Source of the DNA: Burkholderiales bacterium | GTDB lineage: Bacteria > Pseudomonadota > Gammaproteobacteria > Burkholderiales > SG8-39 | DNA: 24,115 nt | NCBI GenBank assembly: GCA_035631735.1 | Contig: DASQIG010000406.1 | Span: forward strand, 1 to 24,115 | Direction: 5' to 3' | Shown: positions 1 through 13,738 of the stretch, piece by piece | How positions within the stretch are numbered: the stretch's first letter is position 1 | Layout: each line of letters begins with the position of its first letter | Program-made: the position numbers and the translations under genes | The notes under the pieces: model-generated | What the model saw: the letters and a program-made list of their open reading frames with translations, nothing else | Told to the model about the DNA's origin: nothing | The model's database searches: none

Positions 1-2
1 CG

Positions 3-5372
<5,370 letters not shown>

Positions 5373-5390
5373 GCCGGCGAAAGGCCGCAG

Positions 5391-5420
5391 ATCATAAGTG
5401 CAAAGCCGCGGCCGCTTCAA
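5391..5420 (-). promoter_or_regulatory. Putative sigma70 promoter for topB
   Basis: Minus strand TTGAAG (5420-5415) - 18 nt - TATGAT (5396-5391), ending 18 nt before the topB ATG. Confidence 0.55.
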
Positions 5421-5472
5421 CCGGCGCGAGCGCCATGCGGTTGCTACGCGCGCGTGCGCGCGCGAGAAGAAA

Positions 5473-5931
5473 TCAGTTGGGTAGTCGCGTGTGGGCTGCG
5501 CTAAACAGATCTTCGGCGAGCAGCCGGCTGGTGGAAGTCTGCTGGTTCCACAGCACCATGAGCACGATGAGCTTGAGCTGATCGAGCGACAGCGTGGCGC
5601 CGGAAGCGGCGAGCGAGCGCTCGAGCACGAGCTCACGCGTCTCCGGTGTCAGAATGCCCGATTGCTCCAAGGTAATCAGGAAGCCGCGGCATTCGGCGTC
5701 GAGCTTGGCAAGCTCGCGCGGCGCGAAGGCCCGGAAGCTCGTACGGGCATTGGGCAGCGCGCGGCTCGCGCCACGCGGCGCGCTTAACACCCCCGCCAGC
5801 CAATGCAGCGCCTCGCTGATGTCCGAGTCCTCGAAGCCCGCTGCCGAGAGCTTGCGCACCACGCGCTCGCGATCATCCGCGAGCTCGGCCTGCTGACAGT
5901 TCTCGAACAGGTAAGCCAAGATGTCGTACAT
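5473..5931 (-). CDS. smg: Smg / DUF494 family protein
   Basis: MYDILAYLFEN...KLSAAGFEDSDISEALHWL, LKLIVLMVLWNQ. SD-like AAGGAG ends 5 nt before the ATG at 5931. Usual position between dprA and the type IA topoisomerase. Confidence 0.9.
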   Translation of the reverse strand: MYDILAYLFENCQQAELADDRERVVRKLSAAGFEDSDISEALHWLAGVLSAPRGASRALPNARTSFRAFAPRELAKLDAECRGFLITLEQSGILTPETRELVLERSLAASGATLSLDQLKLIVLMVLWNQQTSTSRLLAEDLFSAAHTRLPN

Positions 5932-5970
5932 GGGCACTCCTTTCTTTTAACGCGGGGCCACGACAAGCGT

Positions 5971-7068
5971 TTACCCGCGGTGCGCCTTCTCCAGGCCCTG
6001 GTAAAGCCCTCCCGGCAGTGCGGTTACGCGGCCATCAAGCTCCAGGCGAAGCAACTGCGAAGTGACCTCCTCCGGCGATAAGCCCGCGCGCTCGCAAAGG
6101 GAGTCCACATCGACCGGATCGTGACCCATGACGGCAAGCAGGCCAGTATCGGCGGCCGGCGCGCCCGCAAGCGTGCTTGCATGAGCCGTCGGCTGGAAGC
6201 CTGCCAGCTCCGCGAGCACGTCGTCGGCCGATTCGACGAGCTTTGCCCCCGTCTTGATGAGCGCGTGACAACCCTTGGCGAGCGGCGAATGGATCGATCC
6301 CGGAATGGCGAACACGTCGCGCCCCTGATCCGCGGCGCAGCGAGCCGTAATGAGAGATCCTGAAGCGATCGCCGCCTCGACGATCAGGCAACCGCGCGCA
6401 AGACCGCTGATCAGGCGGTTGCGGCGCGGAAAATTATGCGCGATGGCCGCTGTGCCGAGCGCAAATTCCGAGACCAGCAGGCCGCGGCGCGCAATCTCGG
6501 CTGCCAATTCCGCGTTGCGGTTCGGATACACCACATCGACGCCGGTGCCGAGCACCGCAATGGTGGAGCTGGCGCCGGCCAGCCCCCCGCGGTGCGCAGC
6601 CGCATCGATGCCTAGCGCGAGCCCTGAGACGATCGTAAGACCCGCGTCGCTCAGCGTTCTCGCGAAGTGCTCGGCGTTGCTTTCGCCCTGGGCGGAAGCA
6701 TTGCGGCTGCCGACGATGGCGAGCGCCGGGCGCTGCAGCAGCTCGAGGCGCCCGTGCGCATATAGCACAGCCGGTGGATCCGCGATCTCGAGGAGTGCAC
6801 GCGGATACGTTTCATCGGCGAGCGTGATTACGTAATGCGCATCCGCGCCGGCCCAGTCGAGCGCCCGAGCCACGGCATCGCGCACGCGCGATGACGCGAG
6901 GGCCTCGAGGCTCTCCGGCGCGAGAAAAGCGGCAAGCTCCGAGCGGCTGCGCGCCAGCACTTCGCGCGGCAGGCCGAATTTACGCAGCAGGTTGCGTAGC
7001 GCGACAGGGCCGAGACCCGGAGTAAGCGAGAGCTGCAACCAGCCCGCAAGCTCCGGATCGGGTCTCAT
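5971..7068 (-). CDS. dprA: DNA-processing protein DprA (Smf)
   Basis: AIVGSRNAS, VSGLALGIDAAAHRG, FPRRNRLISG, SGSLITA, PGSIHSP, and a C-terminal winged-helix-like LLRLELDG. Confidence 0.95.
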   Translation of the reverse strand: MRPDPELAGWLQLSLTPGLGPVALRNLLRKFGLPREVLARSRSELAAFLAPESLEALASSRVRDAVARALDWAGADAHYVITLADETYPRALLEIADPPAVLYAHGRLELLQRPALAIVGSRNASAQGESNAEHFARTLSDAGLTIVSGLALGIDAAAHRGGLAGASSTIAVLGTGVDVVYPNRNAELAAEIARRGLLVSEFALGTAAIAHNFPRRNRLISGLARGCLIVEAAIASGSLITARCAADQGRDVFAIPGSIHSPLAKGCHALIKTGAKLVESADDVLAELAGFQPTAHASTLAGAPAADTGLLAVMGHDPVDVDSLCERAGLSPEEVTSQLLRLELDGRVTALPGGLYQGLEKAHRG

Positions 7069-7088
7069 ACCGCGGCGCGGCTCGGTCG

Positions 7089-8231
7089 CTAAGGCGTTTG
7101 CACCACGTCGAGCGGACTGACCGGCCGCGTGATGTTCATGACCAGAGCATAGGACACCCGGTTGAAGACGCGGAACACGAAGGCCAAGCCTGCACGTTCG
7201 TCGGGCAGCTTGATCGTGCCCCTGGCCCTCGACACGTCGCGCACTGCGCCGCCAAGGGTGTAAAGCGCGAGCACGTGACCGACTTCCAAGCCGTCGCGCG
7301 CACCCCTATTGATGCTGATGATCGACCGCGGGCCGGCTTCGCCGACCTTGCCCAGGCTGCCGTAGATGCTGATCACGCGGCCGTGGATCTTGCTGTCGGG
7401 AGCGCGCGGCGCGTAGTTGATCGGCTGCGGCCGGCCGGCCGCGACCAGCTTGTCGCCGGCACCGACTTCCTGCGCGACGCTCGTGAGGACCACCGTTGCC
7501 GGCTCACCGCCGCGTTCAAGTCGCGCCGTGCCGAGGTAGACCGCTTCATAAGCGAGCGTCTGGTTGCTGTCCGGATCGACCAGCGGCACGCCGCGGCGAT
7601 ACACATACCAGCTCTCTTCCTTCGAGCTGCCGATGCCGCGCACATAGGCGCTGTTACCAGCCGCGAGGATCACGCGGTCGGCTTGCGTGCCGACGATGGT
7701 CGGCGCCTTGTCGAGGCCGTCGGGCTCGATGATCAGGGGCCTCGACAGGAACGGCTCGATGACCGATGACGGGATGCTCGGAATCTCGTCCTTGGCGAGC
7801 GACTCGACGCGCACGCGCGGCCCGAGCTTCACCGTGCCGGACGGCACGCGCGCCTGCGTGGGTTCGCCCGTCGGCGCACCGGTGGGAGCGCCGGTGGGAG
7901 CGCCGGTGGGCGCGCCAGTGGGAGCACCAGTGGGCTCGCCGCCGATGCTTAGCCGACCGCGGGCGCGGTCAAGCACGATCACGTACCCCGGGTAGATCAG
8001 GTGGGGGTTGCGGATCTCGTCCTTGTTAAGTCCCCAGAGTTCAGGCCAACGCCAAGGCGAATCGGTATAGCGTTGGGCGATGGACCACAGGGTGTCGCCA
8101 GGAACCACGACATAACGGTCCGGAGCGTCGGGGCGCAGCGTGAGCGGCGCGCTCGGCGCCTGTGCCCAAGCGGCTGCCCAGATCGCGAAGAAAGCGAGTG
8201 CTGTGATAGACTTACGCAATTGCTGGACCAT
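7089..8231 (-). CDS. Exported LysM peptidoglycan-binding protein (TsaP-like)
   Basis: Start reassigned to ATG at 8231 (GAGG upstream). Signal peptide ending AAWA-Q, LysM domain YVVVPGDTLWSIA...WPELWGLN..IRNPHLIYPG, C-terminal INRGARDGLEVGHVL and AGLAFVFRVF. Conserved position between dprA and def. The TsaP assignment is inferred from architecture and synteny. Confidence 0.85.
   Translation of the reverse strand: MVQQLRKSITALAFFAIWAAAWAQAPSAPLTLRPDAPDRYVVVPGDTLWSIAQRYTDSPWRWPELWGLNKDEIRNPHLIYPGYVIVLDRARGRLSIGGEPTGAPTGAPTGAPTGAPTGAPTGEPTQARVPSGTVKLGPRVRVESLAKDEIPSIPSSVIEPFLSRPLIIEPDGLDKAPTIVGTQADRVILAAGNSAYVRGIGSSKEESWYVYRRGVPLVDPDSNQTLAYEAVYLGTARLERGGEPATVVLTSVAQEVGAGDKLVAAGRPQPINYAPRAPDSKIHGRVISIYGSLGKVGEAGPRSIISINRGARDGLEVGHVLALYTLGGAVRDVSRARGTIKLPDERAGLAFVFRVFNRVSYALVMNITRPVSPLDVVQTP
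7857..7940 (-). repeat. Seven tandem 12-bp units encoding G[E/A]PT inside the LysM protein
   Basis: GGCGAGCCCACT GGTGCTCCCACT GGCGCGCCCACC GGCGCTCCCACC GGCGCTCCCACC GGTGCGCCGACG GGCGAACCCACG = GEPT(GAPT)5GEPT. Confidence 0.95.
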
Positions 8232-8302
8232 GGTGACCCCGCCTCGTTGTTTTTTGCGGCTCGTGGATCGGTCTTTTTCCAATAGCTTATATGGCGCCTG
8301 AG

Positions 8303-8331
8303 ATTTTCCATATAATCTATTCAATTTGCAA
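8303..8331. promoter_or_regulatory. AT-rich divergent promoter region between the LysM gene and def
   Basis: Plus strand has a perfect TATAAT at 8311-8316 ahead of def. Minus strand has TTGCAA (8331-8326) - 17 nt - GAAAAT (8308-8303) ahead of the LysM gene. Confidence 0.5.
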
Positions 8332-8347
8332 ATAAATTCGGCTTCAG

Positions 8348-8851
8348 ATGGCGATCTTGAACATCCTCCGTTACCCAGACGTGCGGCTGCACAAGCTGGC
8401 TGCCCCGGTTACCGTATTCGATGATGGTCTGAAAAAGCTGGTGGCCGATATGGCCGAGACGATGTATGCCGCGCCCGGCATCGGGCTTGCGGCCACGCAG
8501 GTCGACGTACACAAGCAAGTGATCGTGGTCGATGTCTCGGAACGACGCGACTCGCTCGTCGTTCTGGTCAATCCGCAAATCGTCGAAGCGACCGGCGAGT
8601 CGGACATCGAGGAGGGCTGCCTTTCGCTGCCGGGCATCTACGAGCTCGTGCCGCGGGCCGAGCGCGTCAAAGTGCGCGCCTATGACCGCAACGGTAACGC
8701 CTTCACACTCGAGGCGCAGGGCCTGCTCGCCGTGTGCATCCAGCACGAGATGGACCATCTCAAGGGCAAGGTCTTCGTCGAACATCTGTCGCAGCTCAAG
8801 CAGCAGCGCATCCGCGCCAAGCTCGCCAAGCAGCTGCGCAAGTCCGCCTGA
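8348..8851 (+). CDS. def: Peptide deformylase
   Basis: All three signature motifs present: [20 protein letters not shown]. Confidence 0.98.
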   Translation: MAILNILRYPDVRLHKLAAPVTVFDDGLKKLVADMAETMYAAPGIGLAATQVDVHKQVIVVDVSERRDSLVVLVNPQIVEATGESDIEEGCLSLPGIYELVPRAERVKVRAYDRNGNAFTLEAQGLLAVCIQHEMDHLKGKVFVEHLSQLKQQRIRAKLAKQLRKSA

Positions 8852-8858
8852 CGCGTTC

Positions 8859-9779
8859 CTGCGCCTAATCTTCGCGGGAACCCCCGCCTTCGCGGAGCGC
8901 TCCCTCGTCCGGCTCCTGGAAGCCGGGCACACCATCGCCCTTGTGCTGACGCAGCCCGACCGGCCCGCCGGTCGTGGCTTGCGCCCGGCCGGGAGCGCCG
9001 TGAAGAGCTTGGCGCTGCAGCGCGGCCTGCAGGTGCTGCAACCGCAAAGCCTGCGCGCGGACGCGCTTGTCGAGGAGCTGCGTGCCGCCCGTGCCGACGC
9101 CATGATCGTCGTCGCCTACGGCTTGCTCTTGCCGCCGCCGGTATTGCGAATTACCCGCCATGGCGCCATCAACGTCCATGCATCGCTGCTGCCGCGCTGG
9201 CGCGGCGCCGCGCCGATTCAGCGCGCTCTGCTCGCCGGCGACGTCGAGACCGGTGTATCGATCATGCAGATGGATGAAGGGCTCGATAGCGGCCCGGTGT
9301 TCGCGCAGCGGCGGCTCGCCATAGGGGCGGATGACGACTTCGGTACGCTGCACGATCGCATGGCCGAACTTGGCGCGAGTGCACTGATAGAAGTGCTCGC
9401 GGACCTGGCGGCCGGCCGGGCACGCCTCACGCCGCAGCTGCAAGACGGCGCGACCTATGCCCGCAAGATCGAAAAATCGGAAACGCGATTGAACTGGCAG
9501 CTCCCGGCCGTGGAGCTCGAGCGCGCGGTGCGCGCGTTTCGCCCCGCGCCCGGGGCGGTTGCACATCTCGCCGGAGAGTCGATCAAGGTTTGGCGCTCGC
9601 GCCTTGTCGCGGGCGAAGGCGCGCCGGGAAGCGTGCTGCGCTCGAACGACGCGCTGCATGTCGCTTGCGGTTCCGGCGCCTTGTCGCTCGAGGAGCTGCA
9701 GCCGGCGGGCGCACGGCGCATGGCGGCCGCTGAATTCCTGCGCGGTCGGCGTCTTGCGCCCGGCGCCAGATTCGAATGA
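8859..9779 (+). CDS. fmt: Methionyl-tRNA formyltransferase (start codon uncertain, candidate CTG)
   Basis: RLIFAGTPAFA, LTQPDRPAGRG, VVAYGLLLP, INVHASLLPRWRGAAPIQRA, QMDEGLDSG, TYARKIEK. Homology begins at about 8859; the ORF-track start at 8532 is inside def. Confidence 0.93.
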   Translation: MRLIFAGTPAFAERSLVRLLEAGHTIALVLTQPDRPAGRGLRPAGSAVKSLALQRGLQVLQPQSLRADALVEELRAARADAMIVVAYGLLLPPPVLRITRHGAINVHASLLPRWRGAAPIQRALLAGDVETGVSIMQMDEGLDSGPVFAQRRLAIGADDDFGTLHDRMAELGASALIEVLADLAAGRARLTPQLQDGATYARKIEKSETRLNWQLPAVELERAVRAFRPAPGAVAHLAGESIKVWRSRLVAGEGAPGSVLRSNDALHVACGSGALSLEELQPAGARRMAAAEFLRGRRLAPGARFE

Positions 9780-11053
9780 CGCATGGTGCGGCGCTCGCTA
9801 TCGAGCTCGCGCAGGCGGCTCGCGTGGTGGCGCACGTTGCTCGCGGCAAGAGCCTCGCCGACGAGTTCGAGCGCCTACGTACGGAAATAACGCGCGACTC
9901 TCGCGGCGCGCTGATCGATCTCACGTACGCGACGCTACGCCGCTACGGACGCGTGCAGGTCATCGTAGAAGCGCTCTCGCGCCGCGGCCCGCCGGATGCG
10001 CTCGTGCAGGCTTTGCTTTGGTGTGCGCTGTACGCCCTCGAGTCCGGCCGCTATGGCGAACACACCGTGGTAGACCAGGCGGTAAAGGCCTGCGTGCTGC
10101 TTGAACGCTGGACAGCGAAGGGCTACGTCAATGCACTGCTGCGCGGATTCTTGCGCGAGCGCGCCGCAATCGCGGAACGCCTCGAAGGCGACCTGGTGGC
10201 GAAGCATCAGCATCCGGCCTGGTGGATCGAACTTGCGCGCGCCGCGTACCCAGAGCCATGGGCTGCGGTGCTCGACGCTGGCAACGGTCATCCGCCGATG
10301 TGCTTGCGGGTCAATCGCCGGCGGACCGACGTGGTTGCGTACCAAGCCGAACTCGCCGGGGAGGGCATCAGCACGCGCCGGTGTGGCGCCGAGGCGCTTC
10401 TGCTCGAGCGGCCTCTGCCGGTAGAGCGGCTGCCCGGATTCGCGGCCGGCCGCGTTTCGGTCCAGGATCTTGGCGCGCAGCGCGCTGCTCATCTCCTTGA
10501 CCTGGAGGCCGGCCAGCGCGTGCTTGATGCCTGCGCGGCGCCGGGCGGCAAGAGCGCGCATATGCTGGAGATCGCCGACGTGGCGCTCACCGCTCTCGAT
10601 ATCGACCAGCGCCGAGCGGCGCGCCTCGCGCCCAATCTCGAGCGCTTGGGACTGCGCGCCGAGGTACGTATCGGCGATGCGTGCTCGCCGCAGCAGTGGT
10701 GGGACGGACGCGCCTACGATCGGATCCTCGCCGATGTTCCCTGCTCGGCCTCCGGCGTGGTGCGCCGCCATCCCGACGTGAAATGGCTGCGCCGCGCGAG
10801 CGACATCGCGCAGTTCGCGGAGCGCCAGCGCGCTATTCTCGCTGCGCTTTGGCGCCTGCTCGCCCCGGGTGGTAAATTGCTGTATGCCACCTGCTCGGTG
10901 TTCCCGCAGGAAAACGAAGAGCCCGTCGCCGCGTTCGTTGCGGGCGAGCCCCTGGCGCGGCGCCTGGCGCTGCCCGACGACTCGAGCGCCCAATGGCTGC
11001 CCGACGCCCAGCATGACGGATTTTTCTACGCGTTGATCGAAAAGCAAGTCTGA
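9776..11053 (+). CDS. rsmB: 16S rRNA m5C967 methyltransferase RsmB (Sun)
   Basis: NusB-like N-terminus, SVQDLGAQ, LDACAAPGGKS, LADVPCSASG...RRHPD, LYATCS, HDGFFYA. ATGA overlap with the fmt stop. Confidence 0.95.
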   Translation: MTHGAALAIELAQAARVVAHVARGKSLADEFERLRTEITRDSRGALIDLTYATLRRYGRVQVIVEALSRRGPPDALVQALLWCALYALESGRYGEHTVVDQAVKACVLLERWTAKGYVNALLRGFLRERAAIAERLEGDLVAKHQHPAWWIELARAAYPEPWAAVLDAGNGHPPMCLRVNRRRTDVVAYQAELAGEGISTRRCGAEALLLERPLPVERLPGFAAGRVSVQDLGAQRAAHLLDLEAGQRVLDACAAPGGKSAHMLEIADVALTALDIDQRRAARLAPNLERLGLRAEVRIGDACSPQQWWDGRAYDRILADVPCSASGVVRRHPDVKWLRRASDIAQFAERQRAILAALWRLLAPGGKLLYATCSVFPQENEEPVAAFVAGEPLARRLALPDDSSAQWLPDAQHDGFFYALIEKQV

Positions 11054-11054
11054 C

Positions 11055-11663
11055 ATGAGCGCGATGCGCGGCATCGCACTGTGTGCCGGATTGGTCGCCC
11101 TACTGCTACTGCAGCCCGCCCGGGCCAACGAAATCGATGTGCGCGATGCACAGTTGCGCGTCGCGGAGGAAGGCCTGATGCTCGATGCCGACTTCGACTT
11201 CGAGCTCACGCCGCGGCTTGCGGAGGTGGTTGCGGGCGGCGTGCCCCTGTATTTCCGGGTCGACTTCGAGTTGACGCGCCGGCGCTGGTATTGGCTCGAC
11301 GAGACGGCCGCGTCGAAGCGGCTGCAGCTGCGGCTTTCCTACCACGCGTTGTCGCGGCAATACCGGTTGTCGACCGGGCTTCTGCAGCAGAGCTTTGCTA
11401 CGCTGCAGGAAGCACTCAACGTGCTCAGGCACCTTCGCAGCTGGCTCGTGGTAGACCGCACCGTGACCTTTTCCGACGCCGACTACGAGGCCGCGGTGCG
11501 CATGCGTCTCGATACGACGATGCTGCCGAAGCCCTTTCAGCTGAGCGCACTCACCAGCCGGGAGCTGCAGCTCGAATCGCACTGGAAGCGCTTCATCGTG
11601 CATTCGCCGCGGCAGCTGCCCGCACCGGTGGAAAGCCGCGAGCCGCGCGAGGGGGCACGATGA
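11055..11663 (+). CDS. DUF4390 family exported protein
   Basis: Signal peptide, GGVPLYF, RRRWYWLDE, LSYHALSRQYR, LPKPFQLSAL. Typical position between rsmB and the NtrY-like kinase. Confidence 0.85.
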   Translation: MSAMRGIALCAGLVALLLLQPARANEIDVRDAQLRVAEEGLMLDADFDFELTPRLAEVVAGGVPLYFRVDFELTRRRWYWLDETAASKRLQLRLSYHALSRQYRLSTGLLQQSFATLQEALNVLRHLRSWLVVDRTVTFSDADYEAAVRMRLDTTMLPKPFQLSALTSRELQLESHWKRFIVHSPRQLPAPVESREPREGAR

Positions 11664-13735
11664 AGCTGGTGCTGATTCTCGGCAGCGGCGTTGCGGCGGT
11701 CGGCTTGTTCCTGCTCGCCACGGCGAGCAGCGACACGACGTTCTTCGCGCAGCAGTATCCGCTGCTGCTCGCGCTCAACGCTGCGTTTGCCGCCATGTTC
11801 GCGGCCCTGGTGATTTATCAGCTCGGCGTCATGGCGCGGCGCTATCGGGCACGCGTTTTCGGCACGCGGCTCACGCTGCGCCTGTTCCTGCGCTTCGCCG
11901 CGCTCGCCGTGCTGCCAGGGCTCATCGTCTACGCCGTGTCGGTGCAGTTCCTGACTCGCTCGATCGAGTCGTGGTTCGATGTCAAGGTCGACGCGGCGCT
12001 CGAGGGCGGCATGAACCTCGGCCAGCAGGTCATCGACCAGATGCTCATCGATTTGCAGACCAAGGCGCGCACGATGGCGCTCGAGCTCGCCGATATCCCC
12101 GCCGCGCAGCTCGTGACCCATCTCGAGCGCCTGCGGCTGCAGGCGGGCGTGCAGGAAGCGTTGGTGATCAACGCCAGGGGCCGGCTGCTCGCTGCGGCGA
12201 GCGACGACATGGTGAAGCTCGTGCCCGAGCTGCCGGCCGCGGCGCTGCTGCGCCAGGCACGGCTGCAACGCGGCCACACGGCGATCGACGCCACGCCCGG
12301 CCGCGCGCTTGCGCTGCGCGCCATCGTTCCGCTCGAGCCGCTCGCGCTCGCCGCCGAGCCGAGGTTTTTGCAGCTGCGCTCCGCCGTGCCGCCGACGCTG
12401 GCGCGAAACGCCGAGGCGGTGGAAGCGGCGTATCGCGACTATCGCCAGCTCGCGCTCTCGCGCGACGGGTTGAAGCGCATCTACGTGGTGACACTCAGCT
12501 TTGCGCTTCTCATGGCGCTCTCCATCGGCATCGCCGTTGCCGTAACGCAGTCCAAGCTCCTCGCCGAGCCGCTCGCCACGCTCGCGCAGGCGATGCAGGC
12601 CGTAGCGCGCGGCGACTTCTCGCGCCCTGCGCCGGTCACGAGCCGCGACGAGCTCGGCGTGCTGACCGAATCGTTCAATTCGATGACCCGGCAGCTCGAG
12701 GAGGCGCGCCGCGTCGTCGAAGCGAATCGCGCGGCGCTCGAGGCGGCGAAGTCGCGCCTGGAGAACATCCTCGCCAACCTGTCGGCGGGCGTCCTGGTGT
12801 TCGACCAGAACCTGAGCCTGTCGATTTCCAACCGCGGCGCGGCCGCCATCCTTGGCGCCGAGCTCGAAGAGTTCGCCGAGCTCATGCGCCAGCATTTCCG
12901 TGAGCAGGGCGACAAGCCCTGGCAACTCGAACTCAACCTGAAGGCCACCGGCAAGACCGTGCATGCGCGCGCCGCGCGCCTGCCGCAGGCCATCGACGGC
13001 GGCTACGTGGTGGTGTTCGACGACATTACCCAGCTCATCAACGCGCAGCGCGCGATCGCCTGGGCGGAAGTGGCGCGGCGCCTTGCGCACGAGATCAAGA
13101 ACCCCCTGACGCCGATTCAGCTCTCCGCCGAGCGGCTCGAGATGAAGCTGGCCGAGCGCCTCTCGCGCAAGGACGCCGAGGCGCTACGCCGCTCGACCGG
13201 CACGATCGTGAACCAGGTGGCCGCGCTGAAGGCGATGGTGGACGACTTCCGCGACTACGCGCGGCTGCCGGCGCCGGAGCTCGCGCGCCTCGATCTCAAC
13301 GCGCTGGTAAGCGAGGTGCTCGCGCTGTACGAGACCTCGCAGGTTCCGATCACCAAACGGCTCGCACCGACCCTGCCGGCAGTGTGGGCCGACGCAGCGC
13401 AGATCCGCCAGGTGATCCACAACCTGGTTCAGAATGCGCAGGATGCACTCGAGAACGTGCGCGCGGCCGGCCGTTCACCGTCGATCGAAGTGCGCACCGA
13501 GCTCGACGGCGACCGCGTGCGCCTGGCGGTGTCCGATAACGGTGGCGGTTTTCCGGAGGAGCTGATCGCCCGCATCTTCGAGCCGTATGTCACCACCAAG
13601 CCCCACGGCACGGGCCTGGGCCTCGCGATCGTGAAGAAGATCATCGACGAGCACCACGGTAGCGTCGCGATCGAGAACCGGGAGACGCGCGGCGCCTCGG
13701 TCACGGTGCTGCTGCCGCTTGCGAAGGCCGCCTGA
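11660..13735 (+). CDS. NtrY-family membrane sensor histidine kinase (HAMP-PAS-HisKA-HATPase)
   Basis: Start reassigned to ATG at 11660 (ATGA overlap). N-terminal TM helices, QFLTRSIESWFD, HAMP (DELGVLTESFNSMT), H-box ARRLAHEIKNPLTPIQLSAERL, N-box HNLVQNA, DNGGGF, FEPYVTTKPHGTGLGLAIVKKII. Confidence 0.92.
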   Translation: MKLVLILGSGVAAVGLFLLATASSDTTFFAQQYPLLLALNAAFAAMFAALVIYQLGVMARRYRARVFGTRLTLRLFLRFAALAVLPGLIVYAVSVQFLTRSIESWFDVKVDAALEGGMNLGQQVIDQMLIDLQTKARTMALELADIPAAQLVTHLERLRLQAGVQEALVINARGRLLAAASDDMVKLVPELPAAALLRQARLQRGHTAIDATPGRALALRAIVPLEPLALAAEPRFLQLRSAVPPTLARNAEAVEAAYRDYRQLALSRDGLKRIYVVTLSFALLMALSIGIAVAVTQSKLLAEPLATLAQAMQAVARGDFSRPAPVTSRDELGVLTESFNSMTRQLEEARRVVEANRAALEAAKSRLENILANLSAGVLVFDQNLSLSISNRGAAAILGAELEEFAELMRQHFREQGDKPWQLELNLKATGKTVHARAARLPQAIDGGYVVVFDDITQLINAQRAIAWAEVARRLAHEIKNPLTPIQLSAERLEMKLAERLSRKDAEALRRSTGTIVNQVAALKAMVDDFRDYARLPAPELARLDLNALVSEVLALYETSQVPITKRLAPTLPAVWADAAQIRQVIHNLVQNAQDALENVRAAGRSPSIEVRTELDGDRVRLAVSDNGGGFPEELIARIFEPYVTTKPHGTGLGLAIVKKIIDEHHGSVAIENRETRGASVTVLLPLAKAA

Positions 13736-13738
13736 GCC

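Noticed and set aside
5392-5436. 14-codon minus-strand mini-ORF MALAPVEAAAALHL upstream of topB
   Set aside because: It spans the predicted promoter, has no SD or informative codon content, and is consistent with chance.
5373-5636. ORF-track N-terminal extension of topB
   Set aside because: It overlaps smg and the predicted topB promoter, and homology starts at MTKKLIIAEKPS.
7857-7940. CRISPR-like or REP-like array
   Set aside because: The units are contiguous 12-mers without spacers, in frame within a gene, and vary at synonymous positions.
8232-8347. Replication origin or DnaA-box cluster in the AT-rich intergenic region
   Set aside because: No TTATCCACA-type boxes seen. The AT-richness is explained by divergent promoters, and oriC is expected near dnaA, outside the window.
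11081-11659. Apparent 193-aa N-terminal extension of the sensor kinase
   Set aside because: It is an alternative frame of the DUF4390 gene. The hydrophobic kinase N-terminus begins at the ATGA overlap at 11660.
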